Shown here piece by piece: positions 37,043 through 41,590 of a stretch of 41,590 bases of DNA; the stretch's first letter is position 1; every line of letters starts with the position of its first letter. The stretch lies in IMG/VR virus record IMGVR_UViG_2585427774_000008. One strand, written 5' to 3'. Source of the stretch: a virus (taxonomy: Duplodnaviria > Heunggongvirae > Uroviricota > Caudoviricetes). The notes under the pieces are model-generated. The model saw only the letters and a program-made list of their open reading frames with translations, searched no databases and was not told the DNA's origin. The position numbers and the translations under genes are program-made.

Positions 37043-37396
37043 ATGCGATACAGACGTGAAGACGCCGACGGTGATTACACTTTCGGGCAGGGTGACGATA
37101 CTTTCCTTATCGACAGTCCGGAATGTGTCGCCCAGGCAGTAAAAACCCGCTTCGAGCTGTGGCGCGGTCAGTGGTTTCTCGATCTGACGGAAGGCACGCC
37201 GTATGTTCAGTCGGTGCTTGGTAAACAGCGATCTGACGTCTACATCCTGGCTATACGTGAACGCATACAGGACACACCGGGCGTTCTGTCGATTCTTTCC
37301 TTCGATACCAATTATGACGGCACCAGCCGTCGCGTCACCTTCACTTCCTCCATTGACACAATCTACGGCCAGACGACTGTAACAAGCGAGGCATAA
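37043..37396 (+). CDS. Baseplate protein, gpW/gp25-like
   Basis: 117-aa ORF; size and position before J-like gene. Confidence 0.6.
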   Translation: MRYRREDADGDYTFGQGDDTFLIDSPECVAQAVKTRFELWRGQWFLDLTEGTPYVQSVLGKQRSDVYILAIRERIQDTPGVLSILSFDTNYDGTSRRVTFTSSIDTIYGQTTVTSEA

Positions 37397-38596
37397 ATGG
37401 CTTTGAACCTCGACACGCTGGGGCTATCGGCAACGGTAACCGCCCAGGGGATTAGTGCGCCTGATTACCAGACAATCCTAGATACACTGACCAGCTATTT
37501 CAGGCAGATTTACGGTAGTGATGCCTACCTCGAACCAGACAGCAAAGACGGGCAGATGGTCGCGCTGGTGGCTCTTGCCGTGCATGACGCTAACAACACC
37601 GCTATCGGGATCTACAACTCTTTTTCACCGACGACAGCGCAGGCCGCAGCGCTTAGCAGCAATGTGAAAATTAACGGGATCACGCGAAAAGTAGCGACAA
37701 ACTCTACAGCTGACCTTCTGTTAACCGGTACGGCAGGCACGACTATCTCGAATGGTTCTGCACGGGATAAAAACGGCATAATCTGGAATTTTCCAGCGAG
37801 TGTAGCGATCGACGTTGATGGTACTGTGCTGGTGACGGCCACATGTGCGAATAGCGGTTCGGTTGCGGCGATGGCCGGGACTATCACCACCATTAACACA
37901 CCGACTCGCGGCTGGGTGTCGGTAACCAACCCGGCTGCGGCTACTGTCGGTTCACCAGCAGAAACCGACGCAGAGCTGCGCATTCGGCAGGGGCAAAGCG
38001 TAGCGCTATCATCGATCACACCGTTTGAAGGCGTCGACGGTGCGATCGCCAACGTTGCGGGCGTGACACGTCACAAGCTCTACGAAAATGATACTGGAGC
38101 AACCGACAGCAACGGGTTGCCACCGCATTCAATTTCCGCCATCGTTGAGGGAGGGGATGTTACTGAAATAGCCCAGACCATCAGGGGGAATAAAGGGCAG
38201 GGAACCGCAACTTACGGTACAACTTCTGTCACCGTGCCGGATACTTACGGTAATCCTCACGTCATCAGTTTTTCGCGTTCTACCGATGTGCCAATTTTTG
38301 TAGCCATTACCCTGAAAGTTTTTACCGGGTATACATCTCAAATCGGCGAGCAGATAAAACAGGCTGTTGCCGATTATATAAATGGCCTGGCAATTGGCGA
38401 TGACGTTCTGCTGAGTCGTATTTATTCCCCGGCAAACCTTGGCGTGGTAAGCGGAGGCAGTGCTCGCTATTACGACATTCAGGAGCTGCTCATCGGCAAA
38501 TCCTCTGACTCAGTCGCAAGCGGAAATATCGATATTGCTTATGACGAATCTGCGTCATGCGTTGCGAGTCACGTCACTATCACGGTGACCTCATGA
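37397..38596 (+). CDS. Baseplate protein J-like
   Basis: 399-aa ORF between W-like and I-like genes. Confidence 0.65.
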   Translation: MALNLDTLGLSATVTAQGISAPDYQTILDTLTSYFRQIYGSDAYLEPDSKDGQMVALVALAVHDANNTAIGIYNSFSPTTAQAAALSSNVKINGITRKVATNSTADLLLTGTAGTTISNGSARDKNGIIWNFPASVAIDVDGTVLVTATCANSGSVAAMAGTITTINTPTRGWVSVTNPAAATVGSPAETDAELRIRQGQSVALSSITPFEGVDGAIANVAGVTRHKLYENDTGATDSNGLPPHSISAIVEGGDVTEIAQTIRGNKGQGTATYGTTSVTVPDTYGNPHVISFSRSTDVPIFVAITLKVFTGYTSQIGEQIKQAVADYINGLAIGDDVLLSRIYSPANLGVVSGGSARYYDIQELLIGKSSDSVASGNIDIAYDESASCVASHVTITVTS

Positions 38597-39273
38597 GCAA
38601 ATACACCGAACTGATCACTAACTACCATGCTACCAAGCCACTCTTTTTTGACCATATAGATCTGAGCACCCGCCCGCTGATTGATGTGTCCAGCACTATG
38701 TCAGGGCTTGTAACAGCCTTCGATATCGATACGGCGGTTGGCGTGCAACTCGATATCCTCGGCCTGTGGATTGGGCGTAGTCGTATAGTCAGCCAGCCAA
38801 TTAGCGGCGTTTATTTCAGCTGGGACACTGACGGGCTCGGATATGACCAGGGCATCTGGCAAGGGCCATATGATCCTGATTCTGGCTATACGACGCTGAG
38901 TGATGAGACGTACCGCATCATTCTGAAAGCGAAAATCGCTATCAACAACTGGGATGGTCGGAACGACTCTCTGCCTCCCATCCTTGACGCTGCTACCGCA
39001 GGCTCTGGACTGAAGATGCAGATCGTCGATAACCAGGACATGACGATATCGGTCTGGGTTTTTCCCGAGACTGATATTTCTGATGTGTCACTCGAACTGA
39101 TAGCCGCTATCAAACAGGGTTATCTCACCGTTAAAGCTGCTGGTGTATGGGCTGGCGGCGTTGAAACACCCTCAGTCGAAACACCGTCCGAAGGAACAAA
39201 ATTCTTTGGATTTGACATGGATAACGAATACATCGCCGGTTTTGATGACGGCGCATGGGGGAGATTACTTTAA
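38593..39273 (+). CDS. Baseplate/tail protein I-like
   Basis: 226 aa from ATG at 38593 overlapping J stop. Confidence 0.5.
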   Translation: MSKYTELITNYHATKPLFFDHIDLSTRPLIDVSSTMSGLVTAFDIDTAVGVQLDILGLWIGRSRIVSQPISGVYFSWDTDGLGYDQGIWQGPYDPDSGYTTLSDETYRIILKAKIAINNWDGRNDSLPPILDAATAGSGLKMQIVDNQDMTISVWVFPETDISDVSLELIAAIKQGYLTVKAAGVWAGGVETPSVETPSEGTKFFGFDMDNEYIAGFDDGAWGRLL

Positions 39274-39935
39274 TGGCTGGAACTAATGATTTTAAAGCGT
39301 TTGCGACAGATGCTAATGCAAATGTTACCTCGCAGGAGGAATGGGAGACGCTAACCGCACTGAAGAAAGGATTCTCCTCGGGTAAAGCATCCAGCGCACA
39401 GGTCAGTAAAGCGCTGCGCCAACCGTCGACGATGGCGGCTGTACTGGGGCAGTTTATCGCGAACGCCGAACTGGACGCGCTCGATGATGGTGACGTTGAT
39501 GGACTGGTGGCAAAGCTGGCGACAGCGATTACCACAAACCTTGGTCTGGGAGAAATTGCCACTGTAGCTGATATTCAGGCTGGTACAGCCAGTAAGTTGG
39601 TGGATGCGGAGGGGCTAAAAAAATACCTGCCAACGAAAGTAATGCAGGTATCCGGTTTTATTCGAATTCCTGACGTTCCTGGTGGGACCATAATTCAGTG
39701 GGGACAAGTTACAGAAACCATAAATGAGGGGACTAAAAACGTGGTATTACCCACGCCATTCCCTAATTCTGGACGTTTTGCAATTGCAATTCCTTTGAAT
39801 CTTGCAGGGGATACCTCATGTGACATTTTTGCACAATTACAAAGTGCATCCCTTACGGGAATTAATTTCTTCTTTTCCTGGGTGTCCAGTTCAACCCCGG
39901 CAAATGGTTTCCAATGGTTCGCAATAGGATATTAA
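39273..39935 (+). CDS. Tail fibre protein (constant N-terminal part plus variable C-terminal part)
   Basis: 220 aa from ATG at 39273 with GGGAGA SD; conserved N-terminus MAGTNDFKAFAT...; 3' half appears AT-rich; contains candidate recombination site. Confidence 0.7.
   Translation: MAGTNDFKAFATDANANVTSQEEWETLTALKKGFSSGKASSAQVSKALRQPSTMAAVLGQFIANAELDALDDGDVDGLVAKLATAITTNLGLGEIATVADIQAGTASKLVDAEGLKKYLPTKVMQVSGFIRIPDVPGGTIIQWGQVTETINEGTKNVVLPTPFPNSGRFAIAIPLNLAGDTSCDIFAQLQSASLTGINFFFSWVSSSTPANGFQWFAIGY
39529..39554 (+). promoter_or_regulatory. Candidate invertase crossover site (left), hix/gix-like
   Basis: TTACCACAAACC-TT-GGTCTGGGAGAA; left half matches hix half-site consensus TTATCAAAAACC at 10 of 12 positions; same TT core as right site. 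Confidence 0.5.
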
Positions 39936-39936
39936 A

Positions 39937-40368
39937 ATGAGAGCGTATTTTATTCCATCGGTACCAACATTCATTTCTGAATCATGGAAAAGTGACGGTA
40001 CCTATACAAAAGAAAACTGGCCCTCTGATGCTGTGCTCGTTACCGAAGAAGAGACTGCTGAATACTGGATGACCATACCACCTGATGGGAAAAAACTTGG
40101 TGCTGTGGATGGGAAACCAGCGTGGGTTGATATTCCGCCCCAGACCCGGGAAGAATTGATTACGACTGCTGAGAATGAACGTCAGCGGCTGTTGGCTCAC
40201 GCTGATGCGATGATGCTCGACTGGCGTACAGAATTAATGCTGGGAGAAATCAGCGACGCCAACAAAGCAACATTGTCGGCGTGGCTGGCATATAAAAACG
40301 ATGTGAAATCGGTTGATGTGACAATCGACCCTGAGCATGTTAGCTGGCCTGTTCCCCCGGAAGCGTAG
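39937..40368 (+). CDS. Tail fibre assembly protein (Tfa)
   Basis: 143-aa ORF directly after fibre gene; C-terminal region typical of Tfa chaperones. Confidence 0.7.
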   Translation: MRAYFIPSVPTFISESWKSDGTYTKENWPSDAVLVTEEETAEYWMTIPPDGKKLGAVDGKPAWVDIPPQTREELITTAENERQRLLAHADAMMLDWRTELMLGEISDANKATLSAWLAYKNDVKSVDVTIDPEHVSWPVPPEA

Positions 40369-40690
40369 GCCATACGGGTTTTGCTGTATCAACTCGCATC
40401 AGCAAGACCCGGTATTTTTTCCATTCAGAAAGCGCGGCGGTTTCCTCATCAGTCGAGATACCGGCATCAACCGCATCCTGTCGCCAGGCTATCTCGGCGT
40501 CAGCAATGGCTCGTAATTGCAACTTATTAGCTTCGGCTTTCTCGATCAATTCTGCCTGCGACGGTGGATGATTTAATATTGAATTAACCTCATCTTCCGT
40601 AATTTCTTTTTTATTACCAATAAACTTATCTTGTGAACCGTCATCCTCATAGGCATAAATTATATCTGCATCATCGATAAAATACTTCAT
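40340..40690 (-). CDS. Alternative tail fibre assembly protein (Tfa')
   Basis: 116-aa ORF convergent with Tfa; MKYFIDDADIIYAYEDDG...KKYRVLLMRVDTAKPVWPTLP. Confidence 0.7.
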   Translation of the reverse strand: MKYFIDDADIIYAYEDDGSQDKFIGNKKEITEDEVNSILNHPPSQAELIEKAEANKLQLRAIADAEIAWRQDAVDAGISTDEETAALSEWKKYRVLLMRVDTAKPVWPTLPGEQAS

Positions 40691-40989
40691 CTTAGCTCCC
40701 TCCAGTTTACACTTGAGATACCAGTGGTAATAACCTGGTAGGTGGAATTATTGGGAATAACGGGGCAATAACCTCCTGCGCCACTTATTGTCACACCATT
40801 TATTCGGACATTCACAGACCAGCTTGCTGATGGTCGGACAAAATCAAGCAATAACTGAATTGGTTTTCCTGTTGTGTTTGTGTAAACCACTCCAATACTT
40901 CTACTTGATGTCATGTCTTGCCATGTCTGATCAACTCCGAGGCTTACTTTTGCAGCTTCTCCCAATTGAACCTTTTTTATAACCATCAA
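40687..40989 (-). CDS. Alternative tail fibre variable C-terminal segment (S'v-like)
   Basis: 100-aa ORF; N-terminus KKVQLGEAAKV parallels NLGLGEIATV in the + strand fibre at the left crossover site. Confidence 0.55.
   Translation of the reverse strand: MMVIKKVQLGEAAKVSLGVDQTWQDMTSSRSIGVVYTNTTGKPIQLLLDFVRPSASWSVNVRINGVTISGAGGYCPVIPNNSTYQVITTGISSVNWRELR
40957..40982 (-). promoter_or_regulatory. Candidate invertase crossover site (right), hix/gix-like
   Basis: Minus strand reads TTATAAAAAAGG-TT-CAATTGGGAGAA; about 60 nt upstream of the invertase ATG. Confidence 0.5.
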
Positions 40990-41041
40990 AAATCTGGTGA
41001 TGCTTCGCCGTTTCTCCTGTTTTCATAACAGGAGAAATCCC

Positions 41042-41590
41042 ATGATTTACGGTTATGCCCGAGTATCAACAAACCACCAGGACACTGAATTGCAACTAAC
41101 GGCGCTCAAGTCAGCGGGTTGTGAGAAAATTTTTGAAGAGCATGCCAGCGGGAGGAAATCGAATCGGCCGGTTCTAAAACGGCTGATCGCCACTATGCAG
41201 CCGGGGGATGAACTGGTGGTCTGGAAGCTGGACAGGATAGGCCGCAACGTTCTGCATGCGCTGTTGATGTTCCAGCAGTTACAGGAAAAGGGTATCAACT
41301 TCCGCAGTATTACCGATGGCGTGGATCTCAAAACAGCCAGCGGCCGCTATAAATTTCGTAACATCCTTTCCGCAGCACAATATGAATCTGATCTTAATAG
41401 CGAACGTACCTTAGCAGGGCTGGCCGTAGCCAGGGCAAAAGGGCGAGTTGGTGGTCGCAGGCCTAAGTTCACGGATGAGCAATGGCGGGAAATGGGGGAG
41501 CGGATGGCAACCGGTGAATCACGACAAAGCGTATCAAAAACGTATGGAGTAGGGCTCTCAACTCTGTATAAAAAGTTTCCAGCTAGCTGA
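41042..41590 (+). CDS. Serine DNA invertase (Hin/Gin/Pin/Cin family)
   Basis: 182 aa from ATG at 41042 with AGGAG SD; strongly resembles Hin as recalled (GYARVST, LVVWKLDRIGRNV, GVGLSTLYKKFPA); stop coincides with window end. Confidence 0.9.
   Translation: MIYGYARVSTNHQDTELQLTALKSAGCEKIFEEHASGRKSNRPVLKRLIATMQPGDELVVWKLDRIGRNVLHALLMFQQLQEKGINFRSITDGVDLKTASGRYKFRNILSAAQYESDLNSERTLAGLAVARAKGRVGGRRPKFTDEQWREMGERMATGESRQSVSKTYGVGLSTLYKKFPAS

Noticed and set aside
41011-41037. Palindrome tttctcctgtt-ttcat-aacaggagaaa just upstream of the invertase, first considered as the crossover site
   Set aside because: It does not match hix/gix half-sites and has no counterpart in the fibre gene; its right arm is the invertase SD, so it is more likely a hairpin affecting invertase translation. 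The hix-like site at 40957-40982 fits better.
1-41590. Search for CRISPR arrays, tRNA/rRNA genes, IS elements and att sites
   Set aside because: No regularly spaced direct repeats with spacers, no tRNA-like cloverleaf sequences and no transposase ORFs were recognised by eye. The att sites cannot be determined because the window starts at the integrase ATG and ends at the invertase stop.

Overview
The window is a near-complete lambdoid prophage (about 41.6 kb) that starts at the integrase ATG and ends at the stop of a Hin/Gin-family DNA invertase. All calls come from reading the sequence and ORF track by eye; no searches, GC calculations or structure predictions were run. Order, left to right: integrase and an AlpA-like excisionase; a leftward early operon with RecT/Bet and RecE-like recombination genes and small Zn-ribbon/kil-like ORFs; an AT-rich immunity region with an HTH repressor, a Cro-like YdaS/YdaT pair and readable operator palindromes at both OL and OR; lambda O-like and P-like replication genes with four 21-bp-spaced iterons inside the O gene; a nin-like region (LexA-box-controlled DinI, YbcO-like, RusA, YlcG-like, Q-like antiterminator); a lysis cassette (two holin-like proteins, GH19 endolysin, Rz/Rz1 spanins); terminase, portal, MuF-like head protein and capsid genes; a contractile-tail-like module (sheath/tube-like, chaperone with a -1 frameshift site, tape measure with SLT domain, gpV/W/J/I-like baseplate); and a tail fibre with convergent Tfa genes flanked by inverted hix/gix-like sites next to the invertase. 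The strongest candidates for an undescribed system are (1) a three-gene cassette of one Zn-ribbon protein and two small membrane proteins immediately downstream of the repressor on the same strand, the position lambda uses for rexAB/sieB; (2) a late-expressed membrane-protein moron between the Q gene and the lysis cassette, where Stx phages carry toxin cargo; and (3) an AT-rich two-gene insert in the tail cluster encoding a signal-peptide protein and a convergent DUF4236-like membrane protein. Functions for all three are inferred from position only. No rRNA, tRNA, CRISPR array or IS element was recognised.
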